64,000 bases of DNA, taken from an uncultured Mycobacterium sp. Lineage in GTDB: Bacteria; Actinomycetota; Actinomycetes; Mycobacteriales; Mycobacteriaceae. The notes under the pieces were generated by a model that did not search any database, was not told the origin of the DNA, and saw only the letters and a program-made list of their open reading frames with translations. Where the stretch lies: NCBI GenBank assembly GCA_964535335.1, contig CAZHUU010000001.1:6563-70562 (forward strand). The letters are read 5' to 3'. Of this stretch, positions 1 to 9,753 are shown one piece after another. Both the position numbers and the translations under genes were made by a program. The stretch's first letter is position 1, and each line of letters opens with the position of its first letter.

Positions 1-19
1 TGATGTATCTTGCTAGTAC
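1..19. promoter_or_regulatory. Putative Mce3R operator site upstream of melF (cut by window edge)
   Basis: GATGTATCTTGCTAGTAC (2-19) is nearly identical to GATGTATCTTTGCAGTAC (minus strand 8488-8505) upstream of mce3R; Rv1936-1941 is an established Mce3R target. Confidence 0.75.
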
Positions 20-74
20 TGTGGTGTACGTCGCAGGCGATGGATTGTGCATGGCCACTACCGAGAGGGTGAAC

Positions 75-1184
75 ATGGAGATCGGGCTCTTCCTCATGCC
101 GGCGCATCCGCCGGAGCGCAGCCTCTACGACGCGACCCAATGGGACCTCGAGCTGATTGCGCTGGCCGACGAACTGGGCTACGTCGAGGCGTGGGTCGGT
201 GAGCACTTCACCGTGCCGTGGGAGCCGATCTGCGCGCCCGACCTGCTGCTGGCCCAGGCGCTGCTGCGGACGAAGAACATCAAGCTCGCGCCCGGCGCGC
301 ACCTGCTGCCCTATCACCATCCGGTGGAGCTCGCGCACCGCGTCGCCTACCTCGACCATCTCGCCCAGGGCCGGTTCATGCTCGGCGTCGGCGCTTCCGG
401 CATCCCGGGTGACTGGGCTCTGTTCGATGTCGACGGCCAGAACGGCGAGCACCGCGAGATGACCCGCGAAGCGCTCGAGATCATGCTCAAGGTGTGGACC
501 GAGGATCAGCCCTGGGAGTATCGCGGAAAGTACTGGAACGCCAACGGGATCGCGCCGATGTTCGAGGGCCTGATGAAGCGTCACATCAAGCCCTTCCAGG
601 CACCACACCCACCGATCGGGGTCACCGGATTCAGCGCCGGCTCGGAGACGCTCAAGCTCGCCGGCGAACGCGGTTACCTTCCGATGAGTCTCGATCTCAA
701 CGCGGAATATGTTGCGACGCATTGGGATGCGGTCTTGGAGGGCGCTGCCCGCAGTGGACGTACCCCAGACCGCAAGGACTGGCGGCTGGTGCGCGAAGTA
801 GTTGTGGCCGAAACCGATGAACAGGCGTTCCGCTACGCCGTCGACGGCATGATGGGACGCAACATGCGCGAGTACGTGCTGCCGACGTTCCGGATGTTCG
901 GCATGACCAAGTTCTACAAGCACAACCCCTCGGTGCCCGACGCCGACGTGACCCCGGAGTACCTGGCCGAGAACACCTTTGTGGTCGGCTCGGTCGAGAC
1001 GGTGGTCGACAAACTCGAGGCCACCTACGACCAGGTCGGCGGGTTCGGGCACCTGCTGATCCTCGGCTTCGACTACAGCGACAACCCCGGTCCGTGGAAG
1101 GAATCCATGCGACTGCTGGCCGAGGAGGTCATGCCCAGGCTCAATGCACGTATCGCCAAGAAACCGGTCGCAGCAATCGTCTAA
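75..1184 (+). CDS. melF: Luciferase-like (LLM) flavin-dependent monooxygenase, Rv1936/MelF orthologue
   Basis: MEIGLFLMPAHPP N-terminus, GEHF and HPVELAHRVAYLDHLAQGRFMLGVG motifs; ATG at 75 after GAGAGGG; first gene of the Rv1936-1941 order. Confidence 0.9.
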   Translation: MEIGLFLMPAHPPERSLYDATQWDLELIALADELGYVEAWVGEHFTVPWEPICAPDLLLAQALLRTKNIKLAPGAHLLPYHHPVELAHRVAYLDHLAQGRFMLGVGASGIPGDWALFDVDGQNGEHREMTREALEIMLKVWTEDQPWEYRGKYWNANGIAPMFEGLMKRHIKPFQAPHPPIGVTGFSAGSETLKLAGERGYLPMSLDLNAEYVATHWDAVLEGAARSGRTPDRKDWRLVREVVVAETDEQAFRYAVDGMMGRNMREYVLPTFRMFGMTKFYKHNPSVPDADVTPEYLAENTFVVGSVETVVDKLEATYDQVGGFGHLLILGFDYSDNPGPWKESMRLLAEEVMPRLNARIAKKPVAAIV

Positions 1185-1205
1185 CGCTCATAAAGGGGCA
1201 GCAGT

Positions 1206-3740
1206 ATGGAGGCGCGTCAGATCACCGTCCGGTATTCGGACGGATCGCACCGGGAGATGCCCGTGCAGCCGGACCAGTCGGTGCTGGAGGCGGCGGAAGA
1301 ACACGGCATCGCCATCGTCAACGAATGCCAGAGCGGTATCTGCGGCACCTGCGTTGCCACCTGTACCGCAGGCGAGTACGAAATGGGACGTACCGAAGGC
1401 CTCTCGGAAGTGGAGCGGGACTCCCGGAAGATCCTCACCTGTCAGACATTCGCGAAGTCGGACTGCGTGATCAGGTTGGAGTATCCGGCCGACGACAACG
1501 CGGCGCGACTGATCACCGGGACGGGGACCGTGGCATCCGTGCAGCTGATCTCGCCGACCACGGCCATTCTGTGCGTCGATGTCTCGGGCATCGAACCGCT
1601 GGCCTACAAGGCCGGACAGTTCGCCCAACTGCGGGTACCGGGCACCGACACCTGGCGCAACTACTCCTACGCCCATCCCGCGGACGGGCGCCGTGAACTG
1701 GAATTCATCATTCGCCTGCTGCCCGACGGGGTCATGTCGAACTACCTGCGCGACCGGGCGAAGCCGGGTGACCGGATCTCGCTACGCGGCAGCAAGGGCA
1801 GCTTCTACCTGCGCCCGTTGCTACGCCCCGTGGTCCTGGTGGCCGGCGGCACCGGCCTGTCGGCCATCCTGGCCATGGCCCAGAGCATGGTGGCCGACCC
1901 GGCGCAGCCCGTTCACCTGCTCTACGGGGTGACCGACGCGCAGGACCTCTGCAAGCTCGACGAACTCGAGGAGCTCAAGCGAGGACTACCGGGCCTCGAG
2001 GTGCACACCATCGTGGCGTGCCCGGATGCGGCCTGGCGCGGACCGGTCGGCTTCGTCACCGACCTGCTGACCGAGGACATCGTGTGCGGCGGCGATGCCG
2101 ACGTCTACCTGTGCGGGCCGGCCCCGATGGTGGAGGCCACCCGAAACTGGCTGGCGGAGCGAAACATCCATCGTGCCGGTCTGTACTACGAGAAGTTTGT
2201 TCCCAGCGGGGCGGCGCGTCGCCGAACGCCGGCCCGGGTGGATTACGCGGCACTCGACCTGGCCGAGGTGCGCCGGACGGGGCGTGGCACGGCGGTGGTC
2301 ATCGGCGGCAGCATCGGCGGTATCGCGGCGGCAAAGGTGCTCACCGAGTCGTTCGACAACGTCATCGTCCTCGAGAAGGACGCACCGCACTCCCGCCGCG
2401 AGGGCAGGCCGGGGGCTGCTCAGGGTTGGCATCTGCATCACCTGCTCACTGCCGGGCAGATCGAACTGGAGCGGATCTTCCCCGGGATCGTCGACGACAT
2501 GGTCACCGAGGGTGCATTCAAGGTCGACATGGCCGCCCAGTACCGGATCCGGCTGGGTGGCGAGTGGAAGAAGCCCGGTACCAGTGACATCGAAATCGTC
2601 TGCGCCGGAAGGCCGCTGCTGGAATGGTGCGTGCGTCGGCGCCTGGACGACGAACCCCGCGTCAGCTACCGGTACGAGTCCGAAGTAGCCGACCTCGTCT
2701 ACGACAGAGAGAACGACGCCGTCATCGGAGTCGCGGTCGATCGCGACGGACAGACCGAGGTGATACCCGCCGAGTTCGTCGTCGACGCCTCGGGCAAGAA
2801 CACCCGAGTCCCGGAGTTCCTGGAGCGCAACGGCATCGGTGCGCCCGAGGTCGAGCAGGACATCATCAACTGCTTCTACTCCACGATGCAGCACCGGGTT
2901 CCGCCGGAACGGCAATGGCAGGACAAGGTGATGGTCATCTGCTACGCGTACCGCCCCTACGAGGACACCTACGCGGCGCAGTACTACACCGACAGTTCAC
3001 GCACCATCCTCTCCACCTCGCTGGTCGCCTACAACTGCTATTCGCCGCCGCGCACTGCACAGGAGTTCCGAGAATTCGCCGACCAGATGCCGTCACCGGT
3101 GGTCGGTGAGAACATCGACGGGCTCGAGCCGGCCTCGCCGATCTACAACTTCCGCTATCCCAACATGATGCGTCTGCGCTATGAGAAGAAGCGCAACCTG
3201 CCGCGCGCCCTACTGGCGGTCGGTGACGCCTACACCAGCGCCGACCCGGTCTCCGGTTTGGGAATGACGCTGGCCCTCAAGGAGGTCCGGGAACTACAGC
3301 TCCTGCTGGCGAAGCTGGGACCCAAGCATCCGGATCTGCCGCGCCGGTACTACCGCAAGATCGCCAAGATGGCCGACACCGCCTGGTTCGTCATCCGGGA
3401 GCAGAACTTGCGTTTCGACTGGATCAAGGACGTCGATGTCAAGCGGCCGTTCTACTTCCGGGCGCTCACCTGGTACATGGACCGGGTCATGGAGCTGGTT
3501 CACGACGATCTGGATGCCTATCGCGAGTTCCTGGCCGTCGTCCACCTGGTGAAGCCGCCGGCTGCCCTGATGACGCCGAAGGTGGCAGGCAAGGTGATTG
3601 GTAAGTGGGCCCGGACCCGGCTGTCGGGTGAGAAGACCCTGATCGCCCGCAACTACGCGCATCGCACCGTGCCGGTGGTGAACTCGCCGGTGAATACCGA
3701 GGAACGAGCCGTCGATATGGCCGGAATCCGCACGCTATAG
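1206..3740 (+). CDS. melG: 2Fe-2S ferredoxin/FAD-NAD(P) reductase fused to an FAD-dependent oxidoreductase (LasC/MonCI-like), Rv1937/MelG orthologue
   Basis: CQSGICGTC...LTC 2Fe-2S motif, RNYS, AGGTG, YLCGP reductase motifs; second domain has a GGSIGG Rossmann motif and GDA..DPVSGLGM. Confidence 0.9.
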   Translation: MEARQITVRYSDGSHREMPVQPDQSVLEAAEEHGIAIVNECQSGICGTCVATCTAGEYEMGRTEGLSEVERDSRKILTCQTFAKSDCVIRLEYPADDNAARLITGTGTVASVQLISPTTAILCVDVSGIEPLAYKAGQFAQLRVPGTDTWRNYSYAHPADGRRELEFIIRLLPDGVMSNYLRDRAKPGDRISLRGSKGSFYLRPLLRPVVLVAGGTGLSAILAMAQSMVADPAQPVHLLYGVTDAQDLCKLDELEELKRGLPGLEVHTIVACPDAAWRGPVGFVTDLLTEDIVCGGDADVYLCGPAPMVEATRNWLAERNIHRAGLYYEKFVPSGAARRRTPARVDYAALDLAEVRRTGRGTAVVIGGSIGGIAAAKVLTESFDNVIVLEKDAPHSRREGRPGAAQGWHLHHLLTAGQIELERIFPGIVDDMVTEGAFKVDMAAQYRIRLGGEWKKPGTSDIEIVCAGRPLLEWCVRRRLDDEPRVSYRYESEVADLVYDRENDAVIGVAVDRDGQTEVIPAEFVVDASGKNTRVPEFLERNGIGAPEVEQDIINCFYSTMQHRVPPERQWQDKVMVICYAYRPYEDTYAAQYYTDSSRTILSTSLVAYNCYSPPRTAQEFREFADQMPSPVVGENIDGLEPASPIYNFRYPNMMRLRYEKKRNLPRALLAVGDAYTSADPVSGLGMTLALKEVRELQLLLAKLGPKHPDLPRRYYRKIAKMADTAWFVIREQNLRFDWIKDVDVKRPFYFRALTWYMDRVMELVHDDLDAYREFLAVVHLVKPPAALMTPKVAGKVIGKWARTRLSGEKTLIARNYAHRTVPVVNSPVNTEERAVDMAGIRTL

Positions 3741-3753
3741 AGGAAGGGCCCAG

Positions 3754-4809
3754 ATGACCCAGATTCATCGGATGCTGAACTGCCGGGGCACCCGCATCCA
3801 CGCCGTCGAGGACGGCGAAGGCCCATTGGTGGTGCTGGTGCACGGCTTTCCCGAGTCCTGGTACTCGTGGCGGCATCAGATCCCCGCGCTCGCCGCGGCC
3901 GGATACCGGGTGGTGGCGATCGACCAGCGCGGTTATGGGCAGTCGTCGAAGTACCGCGTGCAATCGGCGTACCGGATCAAGGAGTTGGTCGGCGACATCG
4001 TCGGCGTTCTCGACGCCTACGGCGAGCAGACCGCGGTCGTCATCGGTCACGATTGGGGTGCGCCCGTCGCCTGGACCTTCGCCTGGCTGCACCCCGAACG
4101 ATGCCGCGGTGTGGTCGGGATCAGCGTCCCGTTCGCGGGGCGCGGCGTGATCGGTCTTCCGGGAAGCCCGTTCGGTGAGCGTCGGCCCAACGTCTACCAC
4201 GCGGAACTCGCCGGGCCCGGCAAGGTCTGGTACCAGGTCTACTTCTCCGAGCAGGACGCCATCATCGCCGAGATCGAGGAGGATGTGCGCGGCTGGCTGC
4301 TCGGGCTGACCTATACCGTGTCGGGACAGGGAATGATCGCCGCCACGCAGGCCGCGGCGGACGCCGGCGTCGATATGGCCGCCATGGACCCGATCGACGT
4401 GATTCGCGCCGGACCGCTGTGCATGGCCGAGGGCGCCCGACTCAAGGATGCCTTCGTATATCCCGAACAGGCGCCGGACTGGTTCACCGACGCCGACCTC
4501 GACTTCTACACAGGCGAATTCGAGCGATCCGGGTTCGGCGGTCCGCTCAGCTTCTACCACAACATCGACAATGACTGGCACGACCTCGCCGAGCAGGAGG
4601 GCCGCCCGCTCACCCCGCCCGCGCTGTTCATCGGCGGCGAGTACGACGTCGGCACCACCTGGGGTGCCGAGGCGACGGAACGGGCTCACGAGGTGATGCC
4701 CAACTACTGTGGTACCCACATGGTCGCCGACGTCGGACACTGGATCCAGCAGGAAGAACCGAAGGAGACCAACAGGCTGCTTCTGGATTTCCTTGGTGGA
4801 CTGCGGTAG
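3754..4809 (+). CDS. ephB: Alpha/beta epoxide hydrolase EphB (Rv1938/MelH)
   Basis: HGFP oxyanion motif, GHDWG nucleophile, GHWIQQE catalytic His; synteny. Confidence 0.92.
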   Translation: MTQIHRMLNCRGTRIHAVEDGEGPLVVLVHGFPESWYSWRHQIPALAAAGYRVVAIDQRGYGQSSKYRVQSAYRIKELVGDIVGVLDAYGEQTAVVIGHDWGAPVAWTFAWLHPERCRGVVGISVPFAGRGVIGLPGSPFGERRPNVYHAELAGPGKVWYQVYFSEQDAIIAEIEEDVRGWLLGLTYTVSGQGMIAATQAAADAGVDMAAMDPIDVIRAGPLCMAEGARLKDAFVYPEQAPDWFTDADLDFYTGEFERSGFGGPLSFYHNIDNDWHDLAEQEGRPLTPPALFIGGEYDVGTTWGAEATERAHEVMPNYCGTHMVADVGHWIQQEEPKETNRLLLDFLGGLR

Positions 4810-5324
4810 TGGAGCTCCAACGGTGTCCAATCGACGGTGCCGAACTGCGCCGCGTGTTCGGTTGTTTCCCGTCCGGCGTCACCGCGGTCTGCGCGGTGAT
4901 CGACGGCATCCCGGTCGGGATGGCGGCGAGCTCGTTCACCCCGGTCTCGATCGATCCGCCGCTGGTGTCGATCTGCGTGCAGAACTGCTCGACCACCTGG
5001 CCGAAGCTGCGCGGGCTGGAGCGGCTGGGTCTGAGTGTGCTCGCCGAGGACCACGACGGGATATGTATCAGCCTGTCGCGCAAGGTAGGTGACCGGTTCG
5101 CCGGCGTGGCATGGTCGCCGTTTCCAGGCGGGGGAGTGTTCGTCCACGGTGCATCGGCATGGCTGGAGTGCCGCGTCGACACCGAGGTGCAGGCCGGTGA
5201 CCACACCATCGTGGTGCTGGAGGTCTGCGCACTCGGAGCAACCCCCGAGAGGTCCCCGCTCGTGTTCCACCGCAGCCGATTTCGGCGCCTCGTCGGTGCC
5301 GGTGCGGGGAATGAATGCCGATGA
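4809..5324 (+). CDS. melI: Flavin reductase (Rv1939/MelI)
   Basis: FPSGVT, SFTPVSIDPPLV and GDH motifs; start abuts the ephB stop. Confidence 0.88.
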   Translation: MELQRCPIDGAELRRVFGCFPSGVTAVCAVIDGIPVGMAASSFTPVSIDPPLVSICVQNCSTTWPKLRGLERLGLSVLAEDHDGICISLSRKVGDRFAGVAWSPFPGGGVFVHGASAWLECRVDTEVQAGDHTIVVLEVCALGATPERSPLVFHRSRFRRLVGAGAGNECR

Positions 5325-6424
5325 GAACCACTCATGCGCGGGTGCGGCGCGCGATCGCGGCGGTGTCGGCCGGGCGGCCGGTGGTAGTGGTCGACGAGAT
5401 CACCCGAGACAGCTACCTGATCTTCGCCGCCGACGCGGCGACACCGGCCTTGATGGCGTTCACCGTGCGGCACACGTCGGGTTACGTCCGCGCCGCCTTG
5501 CCGGTTTCCGAATGCGAGCGGCTCAACATCCCACCGATGTGCCAACCCGGAAGCGGTCGCCCGGGTACGGCTGCGCACCGGGTTTCAGTCGACGTCATCG
5601 GGACCGGGACGGGTATCTCGGCGACCGACCGGGCGTCGACGATCGCCGCGCTCGCGGCATCGGAGTCGACGTCGTCGGACTTCCGCAGGCCCGGTCATGT
5701 GGTCCCCGTCGCGGCGGCCCAGGACGGAGTTCTCGCCCCATCCCGAGGTGCCGCGGAGGCTGCCGTCGACCTCGCCGATATGGCGGGTCGGCGCCGGGCC
5801 GGAGTGTTCTGCGAGATCGTGTCCCGGCTGCGCCCGGCGGCAATGGCTCGGGGTCCGGAATCGGCCATGTTCGCCGACGAGCACGGCCTGCCCGTCGTAT
5901 CCATCGCGGAGATCGCTGCCTACCGCCTACGCTCCGAGCCTCAGGTGGTTCGCACGGCGGAGACGACGGTACCCAGCAGATCGGGTGAATACCGGGTTGT
6001 CGGCTATCGCGGGGTCCACGACGGCGCGGAGCACATGGCCGTCATCATCGGCGCTGCCGGCAGTGGTCTCCCCATGCCGGTTCACGTTCACCTTGAGTGC
6101 CTCACCGGCGATGTGTTCGGCTCGTTGGCATGCCGCTGCGGCGGCGAACTGGAGAATGCCCTCGCCGATATGAACGCACAGTCCAGCGGAATGGTCATCT
6201 ACTTGCGTCCATCCGGATCGTTGCGGGCGTGCGGCATGTTCGACGGCGAGGTGGCGAACGATCTGATGTCGGAGACCGTGGCATGGATTCTGCGCGATCT
6301 CGGCGTCTACGCGATCAGGCTGTCCGAGGACGCGCCGCCGTTGGGCCTTGTCATGTTCGGGGCGATCCGCGAGCACGGACTGAGAATCGAGACCCCGGCC
6401 GCGGCACTGCCCGTGGCAGGGTGA
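5321..6424 (+). CDS. ribA1: Degenerate DHBP synthase/GTP cyclohydrolase II fusion RibA1 (Rv1940/MelJ)
   Basis: TGISATDRA, RPGHV and ECLTGDVFGSLACRCG motifs; ATGA overlap with melI stop; catalytic motifs eroded. Confidence 0.88.
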   Translation: MRTTHARVRRAIAAVSAGRPVVVVDEITRDSYLIFAADAATPALMAFTVRHTSGYVRAALPVSECERLNIPPMCQPGSGRPGTAAHRVSVDVIGTGTGISATDRASTIAALAASESTSSDFRRPGHVVPVAAAQDGVLAPSRGAAEAAVDLADMAGRRRAGVFCEIVSRLRPAAMARGPESAMFADEHGLPVVSIAEIAAYRLRSEPQVVRTAETTVPSRSGEYRVVGYRGVHDGAEHMAVIIGAAGSGLPMPVHVHLECLTGDVFGSLACRCGGELENALADMNAQSSGMVIYLRPSGSLRACGMFDGEVANDLMSETVAWILRDLGVYAIRLSEDAPPLGLVMFGAIREHGLRIETPAAALPVAG

Positions 6425-6431
6425 GGGAACC

Positions 6432-7202
6432 ATGACCCACCCGGACTTGGCCGGCAAGGCTGCAATCGTGACGGGCGCCGGCGCCGGTATCGGCTTGGCG
6501 ATCGCACAGCGACTGGCCGCCGAGGGCGCCAGAGTGCTGTGCGCGGACATCGACGGCGCCTCCGCAGCCGCCGCCGCGGCCAGGATCGGTGGCGGCGCAT
6601 TCGGACACGCGGTGGACGTGAGCGACGAGCAACAGGTGATCGCCATGGTGGCCGCCTGCGTCGAGGCGTTCGGCGGGGTGGACAAACTGGTGGCCAATGC
6701 GGGCATCGTCCACTTCGCACCACTGCTGGACACGACGGTCGAGGATTTCGATCGGGTGCTGCGGATCAACCTGCGCGGTGCCTGGTTGTGCACCAAGCAC
6801 GCCGCACCGAAGATGATCGAGCGCGGCGGGGGGGCGATCGTCAACATGTCCTCGCTCGGGGGCCTCGTCGCGGCGAGCGGAACCGCCGCCTACGGCATGT
6901 CGAAGGCGGGCATCATCCACCTGAGCCGCATCACTGCCGCCGAATTGCGCTCAGCCAATGTGCGTTCCAATGCGCTGCTGCCCGCCTTCGTCGACACCCC
7001 GATGCAGCAGACCGCCATGACGATGTTCGACGAGGCGCTGGGCGAGGGTGGGGCCAACACGATGATCGGCCGCCTCCAGGGCCGGATGGCGGGGCCGGAG
7101 GAGATTGCCGGAGTGGTCGCCTTCCTGCTGTCGGACGACGCCTCGATGGTCAACGGCACCGCTCAATTGGCCGACGGCGGAACGCTGGCGGCCCTGTGGT
7201 GA
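6432..7202 (+). CDS. melK: Short-chain dehydrogenase/reductase (Rv1941/MelK)
   Basis: TGAGAGIG, NAG, YGMSK motifs. Confidence 0.9.
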   Translation: MTHPDLAGKAAIVTGAGAGIGLAIAQRLAAEGARVLCADIDGASAAAAAARIGGGAFGHAVDVSDEQQVIAMVAACVEAFGGVDKLVANAGIVHFAPLLDTTVEDFDRVLRINLRGAWLCTKHAAPKMIERGGGAIVNMSSLGGLVAASGTAAYGMSKAGIIHLSRITAAELRSANVRSNALLPAFVDTPMQQTAMTMFDEALGEGGANTMIGRLQGRMAGPEEIAGVVAFLLSDDASMVNGTAQLADGGTLAALW

Positions 7203-7211
7203 CCGCGCCGG

Positions 7212-8417
7212 TCAGCGACCCGCGGTAGCCCGGCTGGTCAGGATGGACAGCGCGATCGCCGTCATCTCATCGGCGACACCCGCCCGGCGGGTGAGATGCC
7301 ACGTCCGCGCCACGTCCTCGATGAAGCTGACCGCGGCCGCGACGAGCAGCCGCGCTTCGGCGACACTGGTCTCCGGCACCAACGTCCTGATCAGTTCGAT
7401 CCACACGGCGTCGCGGTCCCCCTGGCCTCTGGCGAAGGCGTCCCGCACTTCGGTGGACGCCGAGGACAGCTCGGTGACCGACACCGCCACCAGGTCGGGT
7501 TCGTCCAGGCTGATCCGCACCCGGCCGTCGACGAGTCCCCGAAGACGTTGTTTCGCTTGCTGATTGACGCGTATAGCGCGAATGCACTCGAGGCTGGACC
7601 ACTCGTCGAAGCGGCGGATCAACGCATCGAGGATGGCCTGCTTGGACGCGAATGACCGATACAGGCCCGGGCCGGCGATACCGACTCCCTTGCCGATCTC
7701 GCTGGTACTGACCGCGGGGTAACCGCGGGCGCGAAAGAGTCGGGCGCCCGCGGCCAGCAGCGTCTCGTAGCGGGAGAACGTCGCACCGCCTTCGTCGGGC
7801 GGCGCGATGAGCGGATCCAGGGTGGCAGTCACCGGGGTGCGCGCCGCGGCCATGCATGCGCGGTACACAAGCTGCTCGAGTTCGTTCCCGGGCAGACCGA
7901 GACTGTGGCGCCCCAGGCTGGTGAGCGTGCTCGACACCGCCCAGGCCCGCAGCTCCGAGTGCCGGGGACTCAGCTCCGGGATCTCCAGTGCCACACCGGC
8001 CTGGATGCCGGCGACGATCGCGTTGATACGTTCCCGCACCTGCGCACGATCGGTCTTGTCGAGGTAGCGCGCCTCCCGCTGCCACAACACCGTCAGCTCG
8101 CGGGTCTCGACCGCTGCGGCGATCAGGTCGGGTAGTTCGGCATGAAGCGGTCCGCTGGTCGGGTGGACGTCGCCGCCGGACGCGTTACGTGCGCTCTGGT
8201 ATTCGTCCTGAGCGTTCAGGATGACCGCCGCGAGCAACGCCTGCTTGTTGTCGTAGTGGCGGTACAGGGCTCGTGCCGTGACTCCGGCGGCTTCGGCGAT
8301 CTCCTCCAGTTTGACCGAGTGAAACCCTCGCTCGATGAAGAGTTGGGCGGCTTGTTCGAGGATCTGCTTCTTGCGGTCTTTCGGTCGGCGCCTAACTACC
8401 GGAACGGCGGTCTCCAT
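7212..8417 (-). CDS. mce3R: Tandem (double) TetR repressor Mce3R, Rv1963c orthologue
   Basis: [13 protein letters not shown]-terminus and two HTH domains ([11 protein letters not shown]; [11 protein letters not shown]); ATG at 8417 with AGGAGG upstream. Confidence 0.92.
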   Translation of the reverse strand: METAVPVVRRRPKDRKKQILEQAAQLFIERGFHSVKLEEIAEAAGVTARALYRHYDNKQALLAAVILNAQDEYQSARNASGGDVHPTSGPLHAELPDLIAAAVETRELTVLWQREARYLDKTDRAQVRERINAIVAGIQAGVALEIPELSPRHSELRAWAVSSTLTSLGRHSLGLPGNELEQLVYRACMAAARTPVTATLDPLIAPPDEGGATFSRYETLLAAGARLFRARGYPAVSTSEIGKGVGIAGPGLYRSFASKQAILDALIRRFDEWSSLECIRAIRVNQQAKQRLRGLVDGRVRISLDEPDLVAVSVTELSSASTEVRDAFARGQGDRDAVWIELIRTLVPETSVAEARLLVAAAVSFIEDVARTWHLTRRAGVADEMTAIALSILTSRATAGR

Positions 8418-8487
8418 CGGTCGCCGCCCCCTCCTGATCGCCGGATGACCAAATCCTGCCAGACGCTGTTGTGCGCCAATGTTGAAC

Positions 8488-8580
8488 GTACTGCAAAGAT
8501 ACATCGTCGGGCAAAATATCGGGCAGCTTGCTCATTATCAGGCGAATATTCGCCACCGTATGTTAACAGCTATGGACATA
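8488..8580. promoter_or_regulatory. Two-site Mce3R operator in the divergent mce3R/luxR promoter
   Basis: GTACTGCAAAGATACATC (8488-8505) and GCTATGGACAT (8569-8579); ACAT cores 75 bp apart; first site repeated at 2-19. Confidence 0.7.
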
Positions 8581-8608
8581 GCCGGGCGCTGACGCGTACT
8601 CTCACGAG

Positions 8609-9598
8609 GTGCCAGCAATCCATCTCGATTGTGCGGATGCCAACGTACACAAGCCAGTTGCCCGTCTTCGCGGAGCGGCGGCGAAGGCTACCGGCGAGGC
8701 TTCGCTCGGTCGGCTTGCGTCGGTGGTGGGGGGCGCGCCGGCGATGCGTCCCGACGTCCCGAACGGCTGCATCCCCCGCGCGATCTTCGGCGTGCAGTTG
8801 GCGCTCGACGAACTCGTCTGCGCCAAGACGATGGCGGAGATCGTCGCCCGGGCGCCCGCAGCGGCATGTCACATCGGCTTCAGCCGGATCCTGTACTCGA
8901 GGGTGGATCAGGGCATCTGGCTGGCCCAGACGGCGCACGCCGTCGACGATCCCGGCTTCGCAGAGCGGTTGTTGGACTTCGGCATCGCGCATTCCCGGCG
9001 GCTCACCGGATGGCTGGTGGAGGCCGAGATGCTCCTCACCGGCCAACCGATCATCGTCGACGACGCAGCATCCAACCCGCGAGTTCACCGCAGCCTCATC
9101 CGGTTCGCGAAGGCGAAGGACTACGTGGCCGCACCCGTTCAAGCGTGGGGATCACCGGTGGCCATGGTGCATGCCGACCGCTACCCGCATCAGCAGGTCG
9201 ACGATGTCGATCGGCGCCTGTTGGGCCTCTATGCCCAAGGGCTCGGTCTGGCCATCGAACGCGCCCAGATGGTCGAGCGACTTCAACTGATCAACCATGC
9301 CTCGAGTGCGGCATTCCCGGATGCCGAACCAGCGCGCTGGGTACGGCCCGGCCCGCTACGACTGGCAACGGTGCCGGAGGTTCCAGACACCGAACGCGCC
9401 GGCGAGCGGCTATCGCCGAGGGAATGGGATGTGTTGCGGGACATAGCTCTTGGAAAGACCAATGCGCAGATCGCGGCCGGACTCTTCCTCGCAGAGGGCA
9501 CGGTGAAGTTCCATGTCAAACGCATCCTCCGCAAGTTGGGCGCGGCCAACAGAACTGAGGCCGCGGCGCTGTATCATCGGCTCACCCGTCGCGACTAG
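8609..9598 (+). CDS. GAF + LuxR-HTH transcriptional regulator (start uncertain: 8609, 8744 or 8831)
   Basis: C-terminal LSPREWDVL..GKTNAQIA..LFLAEGTVKFHVKRILRKLG; GAF-like YVAAPV..MVHAD. Confidence 0.85.
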   Translation: MPAIHLDCADANVHKPVARLRGAAAKATGEASLGRLASVVGGAPAMRPDVPNGCIPRAIFGVQLALDELVCAKTMAEIVARAPAAACHIGFSRILYSRVDQGIWLAQTAHAVDDPGFAERLLDFGIAHSRRLTGWLVEAEMLLTGQPIIVDDAASNPRVHRSLIRFAKAKDYVAAPVQAWGSPVAMVHADRYPHQQVDDVDRRLLGLYAQGLGLAIERAQMVERLQLINHASSAAFPDAEPARWVRPGPLRLATVPEVPDTERAGERLSPREWDVLRDIALGKTNAQIAAGLFLAEGTVKFHVKRILRKLGAANRTEAAALYHRLTRRD

Positions 9599-9615
9599 GC
9601 CCGAACCGCCGACGG

Positions 9616-9738
9616 GCCCAGCAGAAGCGCGCCGACGCCGCGGCCAAACGCGATCAGGCGAATCGCGTCGCCGGTCTGGCCGATGCCGAGAAGAAGAAGC
9701 GTCAGACGGCGCGCGCCAGGAGCAGTGGAAAGTCCTAG
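9616..9738 (+). pseudogene. Start-less 3' gene remnant (Ala/Lys/Arg-rich coiled-coil tail)
   Basis: 40 codons AQQKRADAAAKRDQANRVAGLADAEKKKRQTARARSSGKS*; 32 of 40 end in G/C; no start codon after the in-frame stop at 9556-9558. Confidence 0.6.
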
Positions 9739-9753
9739 CCCTCGGCGGAAAAG

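Noticed and set aside
1206-3740. Reductase-monooxygenase fusion as a novel architecture
   Set aside because: Same architecture as Mtb Rv1937
7212-8417. Double-TetR protein as novel
   Set aside because: It is the known Mce3R
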